Shown here one piece after another: positions 44,622 to 53,008 of a DNA stretch of 55,637 nucleotides; the first letter of the stretch is position 1; the number at the start of each line of letters is the position of its first letter. The stretch lies in the NCBI GenBank assembly GCA_026397175.1, contig JAPLVK010000023.1:1-55637 (forward strand), given 5' to 3'. Source of the DNA: Candidatus Berkelbacteria bacterium. Lineage in GTDB: Bacteria; Patescibacteriota; UBA1384; DTJR01. Both the position numbers and the translations under genes were made by a program. Below the pieces are notes generated by a model, which was not told the origin of the DNA, ran no database searches, and saw nothing but the letters and a program-made list of their open reading frames with translations.

Positions 44622-44672
44622 TGAAAATTAAATGGAAATTGAACTTTGAAAATTGATAAGTATTGCACTGTC

Positions 44673-45416
44673 TTATTCCTTACTTCCCGCCTTATCTTTC
44701 AGCTCTTCTTCTACTATTCCAATAATCCGAAGAGCTGAACTCGTCCCGAGCCGCGTGGCTCCTGCCTCGATCATCGCCTTGGCTTGATCGAATGTATGAA
44801 TTCCGCCTGACGCTTTTACGCCGAGCTCCGAGCCAACCGCTTCGCGCATAATTTTGATGTCTTCCGGGGTTGGAACGCGTGGGCCATATCCAGTTGATGA
44901 CTTCACAAACGCCGCGCCGGCCGATTTAGCCCGTTTACACGATTCGATCAATTCTTCTTTGGTTAAAAACCCGATTTCCATAATCACTTTTAGTTTAACC
45001 GGCGCGATCGCCTCGACAATTTGGTGAATCTCCTCTTGTACAAATTCAAAATTTCCTTCTTTGACGGCGCCGATATTTTGGACCATATCAATTTCGGTTG
45101 CGCCGTCTTTAATCGCGGTTTTACCTTCGTTAATTTTCTCTTGCGTCGTCGTAAACCCAAACGGAAATCCAATGACACAGATGATAGCTGGTTTTTTGTT
45201 GTCGTCCCGATCTCCGTTATTGTCATCTCGAGCTTGTCGAGAGATCTCCCCCAGTTCCTCCGCAGCAATTTTGACCCGATACGGCGTAACGCAAACGGAG
45301 TGAAACTTATATTTTATCGCCTCTTGGCAGAGTTCTTTAATATCTTCTTCGGTCGCATCCGCTTTGACATTGGTGTGATCAATATATTTACAAATACTAG
45401 TTCGCGATATCTCCAT
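44673..45416 (-). CDS. deoC: Deoxyribose-phosphate aldolase
   Basis: IDHTNVKADAT, VCVIGFPFG, ATEIDMV, FVKSSTGY (Schiff-base Lys region) and VKASGGI. ATG at 45416 with a GAGG SD. Confidence 0.85.
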   Translation of the reverse strand: MEISRTSICKYIDHTNVKADATEEDIKELCQEAIKYKFHSVCVTPYRVKIAAEELGEISRQARDDNNGDRDDNKKPAIICVIGFPFGFTTTQEKINEGKTAIKDGATEIDMVQNIGAVKEGNFEFVQEEIHQIVEAIAPVKLKVIMEIGFLTKEELIESCKRAKSAGAAFVKSSTGYGPRVPTPEDIKIMREAVGSELGVKASGGIHTFDQAKAMIEAGATRLGTSSALRIIGIVEEELKDKAGSKE

Positions 45417-45484
45417 TTTTGACCTCACAAATTAAGTTTTTTACTCTTCTTAATCTTATCTCGTGTCCGGTTGTTGTCAAACAT

Positions 45485-45525
45485 TTTTTATCAAATCAAA
45501 ACGGCTCCGCCGAGGCGGAGCCGTT
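45485..45525 (-). terminator. Intrinsic terminator
   Basis: AACGGCTCCG...CGGAGCCGTT, followed by TTGATTTGAT on the minus strand. Confidence 0.65.
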
Positions 45526-45550
45526 GAGCTGACCCAAAAAGTTGGGGAGT

Positions 45551-45970
45551 TCACCGGATCTCGACGCGGTAGGCATCGGACCAGGAGAGCTCGATGGTTT
45601 CGCCGTTCCAGCAGGAAACGAGCGAGACCAGAACGAAGAGCCAGGCCTTGCCCGGCTTGAGGGGGCGAACAACTGACCCATCAACCAGTAAGACGGACGG
45701 GTCGGAAGAGGCGAGAGTGATCTGGGCGGCGGCCGGAGTGGCGCGGTCTTTGAAGCAACCGCCGCGCAGTTCCTTCCACTGAATGACGGGATGAATCGCG
45801 ATCGAAGTTCTTGCGAGCGCGACACCGCCCACGATTCTCGCGCCTTCGAGGCGCGAATACGGGAAGTCGGCCGAGATGCACGAGCTATTATAGCTCGTGC
45901 GCTGCATCTCGGCTGATGCGAGAGAAAGTGATACGACGATGAGTGTGATGACAACAATTACCCTAAACAT
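45551..45970 (-). CDS. Small secreted protein with a possible Big_2-like Ig domain (GC-rich island)
   Basis: ATG at 45970 after GAGGTG. MFRVIVVITLIVVSLSLASA signal peptide. ITLASSDPSVLLVDGSVVRPLKPGKAWLFV. Confidence 0.65.
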   Translation of the reverse strand: MFRVIVVITLIVVSLSLASAEMQRTSYNSSCISADFPYSRLEGARIVGGVALARTSIAIHPVIQWKELRGGCFKDRATPAAAQITLASSDPSVLLVDGSVVRPLKPGKAWLFVLVSLVSCWNGETIELSWSDAYRVEIR

Positions 45971-46017
45971 GTGTGTCGCACCTCGCGTGTTTTTTTCTGT
46001 CAACGATCTAGCCCGAA

Positions 46018-46045
46018 ATGATACTCTAAAATAGCAAAAAGTCAA
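46018..46045 (-). promoter_or_regulatory. Promoter TTGACT-16 nt-TATCAT
   Basis: Minus-strand -35 at 46045-46040 and -10 at 46023-46018. Confidence 0.55.
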
Positions 46046-46049
46046 GAAC

Positions 46050-46121
46050 AATAATTGAGCAATTAGGCAATTTGTCAATTCCACAATTGTTTAATTGCTA
46101 AATTGATAAATTGTTTAATTA
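46050..46121. repeat. Family C AT-rich word repeat
   Basis: aataattgagcaattaggcaatttgtcaattccacaattgtttaattgctaaattgataaattgtttaatt. Confidence 0.75.
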
Positions 46122-46174
46122 TTTCTTCTTGAATTTAAATCAAAATCAGTTTAACCTAAAGATAGGTAGCAAAT

Positions 46175-46897
46175 ATGCTTATATTTTTTGGAATTTTGGC
46201 TTTTGTGGCGACTCTCTTGGGCGGATTATTCGCGCTTCGCTTCAAGGATAAACTCCATCTGATTTTGGGCTTCTCCGCTGGAGCGGTTTTGGGTGTGGCG
46301 TTATTTGATTTGCTGCCCGAATCAATCGAACTAGCCAAAAACAGCTACCAGACATCGTTTATTGCAACCCTAATCGGCATTGGATTTGTAATATTTTTAA
46401 TTCTCGATCGTATGTTTTTAATCCACGGCCATTGCGAAGATGGAAACTGCGAAAACGAGAAACACAAGTCCGGTTTTCACGGCGCGCTGACTTTGGCGGT
46501 TCACAGTTTTTTAGACGGCTTTGGTATCGGGCTGGCGTTTAAGGTTTCGCCGGCCGTCGGAATCATTGTTGCCGTGGCGGTTTTAGCACATGATTTTTCG
46601 GACGGCATAAATACGGTCAATTATATTTTAAAAAATAAGGGTCGGTCAAAAACCGCTTTTTCATGGTTGATTATTGATGCGCTGGCTCCCGTTTTGGGAA
46701 TTTTAGCGACATTTTTCTTTACTATTTCGCAAAGTACGCTCGGTCTAATTTTGGCCGTATTTTGCGGCTTCTTCCTATATATTGGCGCGAGCGATCTTTT
46801 ACCCGAAAGCCACCACCGCCACCCCAGAGCCCTAACAACCGTCATGACTATTGTGGGTATGGCCGTCATCTACACCGCAATTAAATTGGCGATGTAA
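46175..46897 (+). CDS. ZIP-family divalent metal transporter
   Basis: 240 aa, about 8 TM segments, HSFLDGFGIG and LAHDFSDG, His-rich loop HGHCEDGNCENEKH. Confidence 0.8.
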   Translation: MLIFFGILAFVATLLGGLFALRFKDKLHLILGFSAGAVLGVALFDLLPESIELAKNSYQTSFIATLIGIGFVIFLILDRMFLIHGHCEDGNCENEKHKSGFHGALTLAVHSFLDGFGIGLAFKVSPAVGIIVAVAVLAHDFSDGINTVNYILKNKGRSKTAFSWLIIDALAPVLGILATFFFTISQSTLGLILAVFCGFFLYIGASDLLPESHHRHPRALTTVMTIVGMAVIYTAIKLAM

Positions 46898-47000
46898 ACT
46901 ATTGTCTTCAAGAAACGGTTGATTTTGGTTCAAAATTAAGCTATAATTTTTCTTGGTTTCAAGCCAGTTGTTTTTGTTTTAATAATAATTGTGAATCAAT

Positions 47001-47075
47001 GGGCCGTTAGCTCAGTGGTAGAGCGTCACCCTTTTAAGGTGAGCGTCGTGGGTCCGAATCCCACACGGCCCTCCA
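47001..47075 (+). tRNA. tRNA-Lys (anticodon UUU), CCA encoded
   Basis: GGGCCGT/ACGGCCC acceptor, GCTC-AGTGGTA-GAGC, TCACC-CTTTTAA-GGTGA, GTGGG-TCCGAAT-CCCAC, then T-CCA. Confidence 0.92.
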
Positions 47076-48584
47076 GCTTCCAGTTGTTATAATTATATGG
47101 TTTGAAGTTAGTTTATTGGTTTGAGCAAAATTATAATCAGGAAACAGTTCCGTATAAAGTTTGGTCGGAACTGCTTTTTTGATTTTGCGGTCTTTTACTT
47201 CAATTTCCTCCCAGAATAGATTTAGATATGAACGCTTGAGTTCTTCAGGGGCCTCTCTATAAGCATTGCCAATGTTATTTCCCATTTGAACTAATCTCTC
47301 AAAAAGAAGAACATTCTCTTTTCTTCCGACTTCCAGCTTCGCGAGCTCATCATTAACATCCTTTATCTCCTTCTCAGCGTCGCGAGAAAGCCTTTGATAT
47401 ACCTCAAGGGGTATTTCTCTGTCTGCAAATTGAATTTCCGCGTTATGAAGCCTTTGCTCAAGTTTTTCTTTTCTAATATTGAGAATACGCCTCTCCTCAC
47501 TAACTTTTTTGTGCGATCGCCCTATAATCTCTTTGGCCTTCTCAATAATCTCAAGAATAAATTTGTCTGGTAATTTGAGGTTATCAAATAAATTTTCAAC
47601 CTGCTTCTCTAAAGCTGACACCTCAATATTTTGCTTTTTGTTGCTATGTTTTGCGGATGGACAATGATAATAGGACTTCTTGTTGGTATGATGCTCTGCC
47701 GTGTACTTATGTCCACAAATTGCGCAGCGAACAAATCCTCTTACTATAAAAGAAAACTTTCTAGATCTATCTGCTCCGCGATTATGCTCCAAGAATACTT
47801 TCTGGCACTGATCAAAGAGATCTTTAGTGATGAGGGGCTTGTGATTGCCCATCTTCTCTTCTCCTGCGAATCTCATAAATCCATAATAAAATGGATTTTT
47901 TAAAATTCTCGCAAATTCTGCACGCGAAACCCTTTTCCCCTTTTTTGTGACTAATCCCATCTTAAAAAGTTTGTCATTAATCTTCTCTGCTCCATATAAA
48001 CCTGTCGCAAACATTTCAAATGCTTTTTTAATTAAAGGTCCCTTTTCTGGATGAATTTCAATAATTCTCTCGGGTTTTTTATCGGTTCCGATATTGTTGT
48101 TTAAGAAACCTAGCGGTGCTTCCCTAGGGTACCAGCCATCCCGAAACTTTTCTTGCATAGACTTCAAAACCTTTCTTCCCGTAATTTCCGATTGAAATCC
48201 ATTAATACCAGCTACAATTAGATCAACCAGATTGCCCTCTGGAGTGTCCTCGCTTAATGATGGCTGATTAACTGCAATTATCTTAGTTCCTGCCTGCTTA
48301 AGTATCGCTTTGATCTGAAGGTGGTCTGTAGGGTTTCGCGCTAGCCGATCTGTGTCAAAAACAAGGAGGGAGTCAATATCCTTCTTTTGACATCTTGCGA
48401 TTGTGTCTGTTAAGGCCACTCTTCTCATATTTGTTGCACTTCGGCCACCATCTTCAAAAACTCCTTCTACATCATAGCCATTATCTTTCGCATACCTTCT
48501 GCAAATTTTTATTTGGTCTCCAATTGAGCGACCCTCATCAACCTGTCGCTTTGTGCTGACACGCGCGTAAATTAAGCACTTCAC
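47034..48584 (-). CDS. Large serine recombinase (integrase)
   Basis: MKCLIYARVSTKRQ (catalytic Ser), DRLARN, recombinase domain, CAICGHKY...YYHCPS zinc ribbon, coiled coil. GTG start. The last 14 codons are the complement of the tRNA-Lys 3' half. Confidence 0.88.
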   Translation of the reverse strand: MKCLIYARVSTKRQVDEGRSIGDQIKICRRYAKDNGYDVEGVFEDGGRSATNMRRVALTDTIARCQKKDIDSLLVFDTDRLARNPTDHLQIKAILKQAGTKIIAVNQPSLSEDTPEGNLVDLIVAGINGFQSEITGRKVLKSMQEKFRDGWYPREAPLGFLNNNIGTDKKPERIIEIHPEKGPLIKKAFEMFATGLYGAEKINDKLFKMGLVTKKGKRVSRAEFARILKNPFYYGFMRFAGEEKMGNHKPLITKDLFDQCQKVFLEHNRGADRSRKFSFIVRGFVRCAICGHKYTAEHHTNKKSYYHCPSAKHSNKKQNIEVSALEKQVENLFDNLKLPDKFILEIIEKAKEIIGRSHKKVSEERRILNIRKEKLEQRLHNAEIQFADREIPLEVYQRLSRDAEKEIKDVNDELAKLEVGRKENVLLFERLVQMGNNIGNAYREAPEELKRSYLNLFWEEIEVKDRKIKKAVPTKLYTELFPDYNFAQTNKLTSNHIIITTGSWRAVWDSDPRRSP

Positions 48585-49054
48585 TTGGCCCCTTCTCTTG
48601 CGATTTTAGCAGCTCGGATGCCTGCTGATATTTTTTGGCCATGCACTTTTGATTGATAATGGCCTACCGATGCGATGATCAGGTCAATCATTTTGCTTTC
48701 AGGCGTTTCATCATCACCCATTAATTGCCCAATAGAAATTATCTTTGTCCCAACTTTTGCAAGTGATATTCTGAGATTGATATAATCCTCAAAATTTCTT
48801 ACTAATCTATCCATACCTTGAACAATAATGGCAGAGATATCCTTCTCTTCTTGGCATTTTGCAATCAGATTGCTAAGGCCTGGCCTCTTAATGTTGTTTG
48901 CATCTTGTCTTACATCCTGGAAAACTCCTGCGACTGAATATCCGCAACTTTCAGAGAACTTCTTACACTCTTTAACTTGATTAATAAGGGATTTGTTCGG
49001 CCCATTATAACTTTGCATATCACCTTTTACTCTTGTGTAGATTAAGCACTTCAT
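48581..49054 (-). CDS. Resolvase-catalytic-domain paralogue lacking the nucleophilic Ser
   Basis: MKCLIYTRVKGDMQS (Lys where the Ser is expected) and GMDRLVRN. Its stop overlaps the integrase GTG (GTGA). Confidence 0.7.
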   Translation of the reverse strand: MKCLIYTRVKGDMQSYNGPNKSLINQVKECKKFSESCGYSVAGVFQDVRQDANNIKRPGLSNLIAKCQEEKDISAIIVQGMDRLVRNFEDYINLRISLAKVGTKIISIGQLMGDDETPESKMIDLIIASVGHYQSKVHGQKISAGIRAAKIAREGAK

Positions 49055-49116
49055 TTTATATCTCCAATTAATTTAATTATATGTTGTCTTCCTCCAAGAA
49101 TAAACCCGTAATTTGA

Positions 49117-49674
49117 CTATGGACCTCTTCTCTTAATAACATCACCGATTGACTCAATCCCTCTGTGAATTCTAGTGTTTTTATTGTCTTTAATACTGTA
49201 TTTACTCTCGGTTGGGCTCTTCTGTTGGTTGGTTACTTTTTTGGGAACACCGAAGTTGCCTAATTGGCCACTAATTACTTCCTTTTTAGGACTTTGGAGG
49301 TTTCTACTCAATACTCTTAATAATGTTTCTCGCGCGACAGACTTGTCAGGCATTGCCCACTCAAATGAATTGATATTGAGTTTGACCATTTTAATTTCTT
49401 GTATCCAAACAACCACCCCCTTGCCTGCAAGTGATTGAATAGTTTCTTTTATGTGTGGCAAACCGATACCCGATATTTTGGAAATCTCTGACTGGCTAAT
49501 CTTACAATTGTGCGATGATCTATTGCGGTTAACCCCAATGGTGAGCCTAACAATGATGTTAAGCACTTTATGCTCTCTAAGCGTAAAATTTGAAAATAAA
49601 ATATCTTCAAATATCTTATTCTGGATTTGTAGAAATCCGCCTCTGATGTTCATCTTCATTTGCTTTCTGTTCAA
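49117..49674 (-). CDS. Replication initiator with a lambda-O-like N-terminal DNA-binding domain
   Basis: FTLREHKVLNIIVRLTIGVNRN...KISQSEISKISGIGLPHIKETIQSLAGKGVV parallels LTKRQFKVLLAILRKTYGWNK...ITDSQLSEITKLPVKRCNEAKLELVRMNII of lambda O. Confidence 0.65.
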   Translation of the reverse strand: MNRKQMKMNIRGGFLQIQNKIFEDILFSNFTLREHKVLNIIVRLTIGVNRNRSSHNCKISQSEISKISGIGLPHIKETIQSLAGKGVVVWIQEIKMVKLNINSFEWAMPDKSVARETLLRVLSRNLQSPKKEVISGQLGNFGVPKKVTNQQKSPTESKYSIKDNKNTRIHRGIESIGDVIKRRGP

Positions 49675-49783
49675 TTTTAATTTGTTCTAAAAATAGCTCC
49701 GCCAGGCGATAGGCAAGATTATCCGAACCTTCGGCGTATTGAGTATCTCCTGTTAATTTTTGTGACTCTTCAGAATTCATTTT

Positions 49784-50119
49784 TTATCTTGTAGTTATCT
49801 TGTTCCCAAGTTAACTGACTTTACTTTTTCACTTATCCTGTAGTTATCCTGTTTTCAGGATAATTTTTAATGACTTGTTATTGACTTGTTTTAAGTCAAT
49901 CTTGCGATAAATGGATTGGCTTGTTTTTGAAATGTTTGTAGGCCAAATTTCATTACTTGTTTATTACTTGTTATCAAGAAGTGTCTTACTCATTTGCGAT
50001 ATGTTTTCGGTGCTCAACTGGCCCACTATTTTTCATCCTGTTTTCAACCTGTTTTAGGTTGAACTTATCTGAAATATTATTTTTTCATATCCTGTTTATA
50101 TCCTGTTATCAGGATATAG
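49784..50119. repeat. Iteron array (putative replication origin / Rep operator)
   Basis: Six modules, each with two tandem 11-bp direct repeats and, in five of the six, an inverted copy. Examples: TTATCCTGTAG TTATCCTGTTT TCAGGATAA (49833-49863) and ATATCCTGTTT ATATCCTGTTA TCAGGATAT (50087-50117). Confidence 0.7.
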
Positions 50120-50129
50120 ATTTTGATGA

Positions 50130-50378
50130 TCAATCCCCGTAAATCCTACTTTTAAGGACTCGGAGATTTTCAAAATATCTTCTTGCACTAACTTCCAACC
50201 TGTCGGAAAGGTAATCTTCTGTAGAAAGTTGTATTCCTTCCGACATATCAAAAATAAAAACAACCCTCTTGGGGTTTGCCTTATCTATCATCTTTAATTC
50301 AAAACCAGCGGTAACTAATGCTGCACAGCAACCTAGGTCAGAAGATTTATAGTAATTTTGTTTATTTGTGATTTTCAT
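50130..50378 (-). CDS. Small DUF5659-like protein
   Basis: MKITNKQNYYKSSDLGCCAALVTAGFELKMIDKANPKRVVFIFD...RYFENLRVLKSRIY. Family recalled from the motif pattern. Confidence 0.55.
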   Translation of the reverse strand: MKITNKQNYYKSSDLGCCAALVTAGFELKMIDKANPKRVVFIFDMSEGIQLSTEDYLSDRLEVSARRYFENLRVLKSRIYGD

Positions 50379-50481
50379 TTTGGTCTCTACTATATATGGT
50401 GAATTTTCGCCAAAAATAAAAAATCCCAAACATTAACAGGTTGGAATAATCAAAAATAATTAACTATTCTGCATAGACAAT

Positions 50482-51462
50482 TCAGCGGTTGGGGAAATCA
50501 TCAGCAGTGTACACCTCGGGCGTTTGTTCTTTCCAACTCTCTTGAATGCCCATGGGATCATCAATGTCCTCCTCATCTACTAATTGTTCAAGGCGAGTGA
50601 TAATCACAAAGCGTGTCTTATAAAGTCTTTCTCTTTTGTAATCATAAAAGGGATCTGAATCTATACCAAAAAAGAATTGTAATTTATCAGTTAGGAGCTG
50701 CTTTTGCTTCATAATTTGGTCTTTCACCTTGGTTGGAATCTTGGGGTTGTCCCAAGCTATTTCTCCACCGTGTTCAGACAGAATCTTTAATATTGTCCAT
50801 TGAAAAACAGGCTTACAATTTCTCTTGTCTTGAAAACCCATTACAGCGAAATTACACAAAAATGCTTTTTGCTTACCAATTTTTATTAGTACATCTTCTC
50901 CCGTCTTGAATTTTATTGTTATTGCTTCCCATCTAGTCCCTGGCGGTAAGCTGATTGAGTGATTATCCTTGTATGTGTTTTTCTGGTTGGATAAGTATTC
51001 TAGGTATTTTATCCTGGCTGCTTCAATTTTCAGATCTAGCGCTTCTGATCTTTTTTTCACTAATCCTTTATAGTTATCAATTGATTTATCTATCAATTTC
51101 AACACTCTCGCAGTATTGTTGTCTACCTTGCTAGTCTCTTTCCTCGCACCGCTTGATCTTTGGTCTAGCTTACTTAAAAAATTTAGAAATTCATTTTTGA
51201 AGCTATCTAACTGAAATTCAATAATCTGGAAATTGCCGATTATATTTTCTGGAAAATTAGGGAAGCTGGTTCGCAGACCTTCAAATCCTTCTTCTTGTAG
51301 CACCTCCTCGGCTCTATCTAGGAGGGTCATATAGCAAAGGTTAATTCCCCTATCTGGGATCATTACACCTCCTGCATAAACTACCTCAAGCATTTCAAGC
51401 AGTTTGCGAGTAACTATTTCAAGCCAGAATTTTTTATAAGAAAAGGAATATTTATTATTCAT
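50482..51462 (-). CDS. Hypothetical protein
   Basis: Long ORF. The ATG at 51462 is preferred over the TTG at 51480. No motif recognised. Confidence 0.6.
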   Translation of the reverse strand: MNNKYSFSYKKFWLEIVTRKLLEMLEVVYAGGVMIPDRGINLCYMTLLDRAEEVLQEEGFEGLRTSFPNFPENIIGNFQIIEFQLDSFKNEFLNFLSKLDQRSSGARKETSKVDNNTARVLKLIDKSIDNYKGLVKKRSEALDLKIEAARIKYLEYLSNQKNTYKDNHSISLPPGTRWEAITIKFKTGEDVLIKIGKQKAFLCNFAVMGFQDKRNCKPVFQWTILKILSEHGGEIAWDNPKIPTKVKDQIMKQKQLLTDKLQFFFGIDSDPFYDYKRERLYKTRFVIITRLEQLVDEEDIDDPMGIQESWKEQTPEVYTADDFPNR

Positions 51463-51499
51463 TGTAATTTTAATCTTCAACTATTTTATACACTACCAG

Positions 51500-51526
51500 T
51501 TGAATTTACACCAGTAAGGATATAAT
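51500..51526 (+). promoter_or_regulatory. Promoter TTGAAT-15 nt-TATAAT
   Basis: Read directly. The alternative -10 TAATAT gives a 17-nt spacer. Confidence 0.5.
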
Positions 51527-51533
51527 ATTAAAG

Positions 51534-51665
51534 CTGTCTGGACCGCTATAAAGTTTTTCTTAATGAAAGACCTAAGATGGTTGCGCCAATAGAAGGGCAA
51601 CCATCCGAAATCAGTAGGCACAACCTATTGCGGTCCAGACAACCTAGGGTGGTTGTCCTTTTTTG
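51534..51665 (+). promoter_or_regulatory. Structured 5' leader with a terminator (riboswitch- or attenuator-like)
   Basis: 11-bp P1 GTCTGGACCGC (51536-51546) / GCGGTCCAGAC (51630-51640). Inner hairpin GATGGTTGC/GCAACCATC (51576-51605). Terminator GACAACC-6 nt-GGTTGTC followed by CTTTTTT (51638-51664), which shares 3 nt with P1. Confidence 0.45.
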
Positions 51666-51686
51666 TATAAATAAAAGGGAGTTAAT

Positions 51687-52142
51687 ATGGAAGATGAAAT
51701 AATCAAAGAAGCAAAAGGAGTAACAGGCCAACTGTTACTTTATAAAACAAAGGTTGTGATAAAGAGGAGGGGTGTAATTTCTTTTATGAATCATGGGATC
51801 AAGGGAGACAAGGAGATACCGATAAGGAATATTACATCAATCCAATTTAAGAGAGCAGGGATGATCAATGGGTATATTCAATTTGGCATCACTGGCTCAA
51901 TAGAGAGCAAGAAGGGAATATTAGCTGCCCAGAGTGATGAGAACACAGTTGCTTTTAACACATGGCAACAGGGGCCATTCAATGAAATAAAGCAGATTTT
52001 AGATGAGAGGGTGAATAGAGAAGAGGCTCAAGGCTCATTTTCTGAAGCTGAAGAAATAGAAAAATTTCACAAATTACACAAACAAGGAATTATTACAAAG
52101 GAAGAATTTGAAACCCAAAAGAAAAAGATTTTAGGGCTATAG
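51687..52142 (+). CDS. PH-like (DUF4429-like) domain protein with a C-terminal SHOCT domain
   Basis: C-terminus EIEKFHKLHKQGIITKEEFETQKKKILGL matches the SHOCT pattern. AAGGGAG SD. Confidence 0.7.
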   Translation: MEDEIIKEAKGVTGQLLLYKTKVVIKRRGVISFMNHGIKGDKEIPIRNITSIQFKRAGMINGYIQFGITGSIESKKGILAAQSDENTVAFNTWQQGPFNEIKQILDERVNREEAQGSFSEAEEIEKFHKLHKQGIITKEEFETQKKKILGL

Positions 52143-52210
52143 AGTAGTATTGTATTTAAAATTGTTAAAAAAGGTATACAATTCACTCCCAAAGGTATAA
52201 ATAACAATAA

Positions 52211-53008
52211 ATGCTGATGAAAATGAAAAAAGAAGAAAAACCATTGCTCAAAAGAATTAAGAAATACTTATTTATTGGTTGTGGCATAGTAGCAGGTTTA
52301 TTTCTGACTATTATAATCATTGCCATGATAATTCCCGAAAAACCTTCTGTTCAAATTAAAAGTATAAAAAATGACGCTGTAATAACAGATGAAAGCCTAG
52401 AGATTAAAGGGAAGTATGCAGTAGTTGATTCGGTAAAAGTTAACAGTGAAGATGCTGGTCTTAATAAAAGCAAAAGAGAATTCTCAAAGTTCATTAAATT
52501 GACTCCTGGGGATAACATAATTAAGGTTGAAGGAATTAAAGAGGGAAAATCAGAAGCATCTCAAGAAATAAAAGTATATTTTGATTTAGAGGGTAAGCTT
52601 TATCAGGAGAAATTAGAGGCAGAAAAGAAGGCCGATGAGGATGAGCTTAAAGAGCGAGGCAGAATGCCCAACTATGAGGTTGTAAGGAAAGAAAATATAG
52701 ATAATGGGTTTTCGGCAATAATTTATATTGATGAGAATGAGGTCAGAGACTATTCGGTTAGCAATGCAATCAAAGATTTTCGCAGTAAAGATGAGAATAA
52801 AAAAACTAAAGTGATTTCGCTACTTATCTTCTCCAAGAATGACAAAAGTGAGATTGAAGCTACACTAGAAAAGGATTCCGATAAAAGCACTCTTCAAAAG
52901 GTTAGCGATAAGGGTAGAGGTGATTATGAGAAGAATGATAAAGATGAGAGTTTATTCTATTTTCCAGCTGGATTTCAAGGTGAAAAATTAGCTTTGGAGG
53001 TTAAATAA
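52211..53008 (+). CDS. Membrane-anchored hypothetical protein
   Basis: 265 aa with an N-terminal TM segment (YLFIGCGIVAGLFLTIIIIAMII). Confidence 0.6.
   Translation: MLMKMKKEEKPLLKRIKKYLFIGCGIVAGLFLTIIIIAMIIPEKPSVQIKSIKNDAVITDESLEIKGKYAVVDSVKVNSEDAGLNKSKREFSKFIKLTPGDNIIKVEGIKEGKSEASQEIKVYFDLEGKLYQEKLEAEKKADEDELKERGRMPNYEVVRKENIDNGFSAIIYIDENEVRDYSVSNAIKDFRSKDENKKTKVISLLIFSKNDKSEIEATLEKDSDKSTLQKVSDKGRGDYEKNDKDESLFYFPAGFQGEKLALEVK

Noticed and set aside
45496-45957. ORFs 45496-45957(-) and 45463-45660(+), and the N-terminal extension of 45551-46084.
   Set aside because: They are Arg/Ser/Pro-rich frames. The ATG at 45970 with a GAGGTG SD gives a clean signal peptide, and the extension runs into the promoter and repeat.
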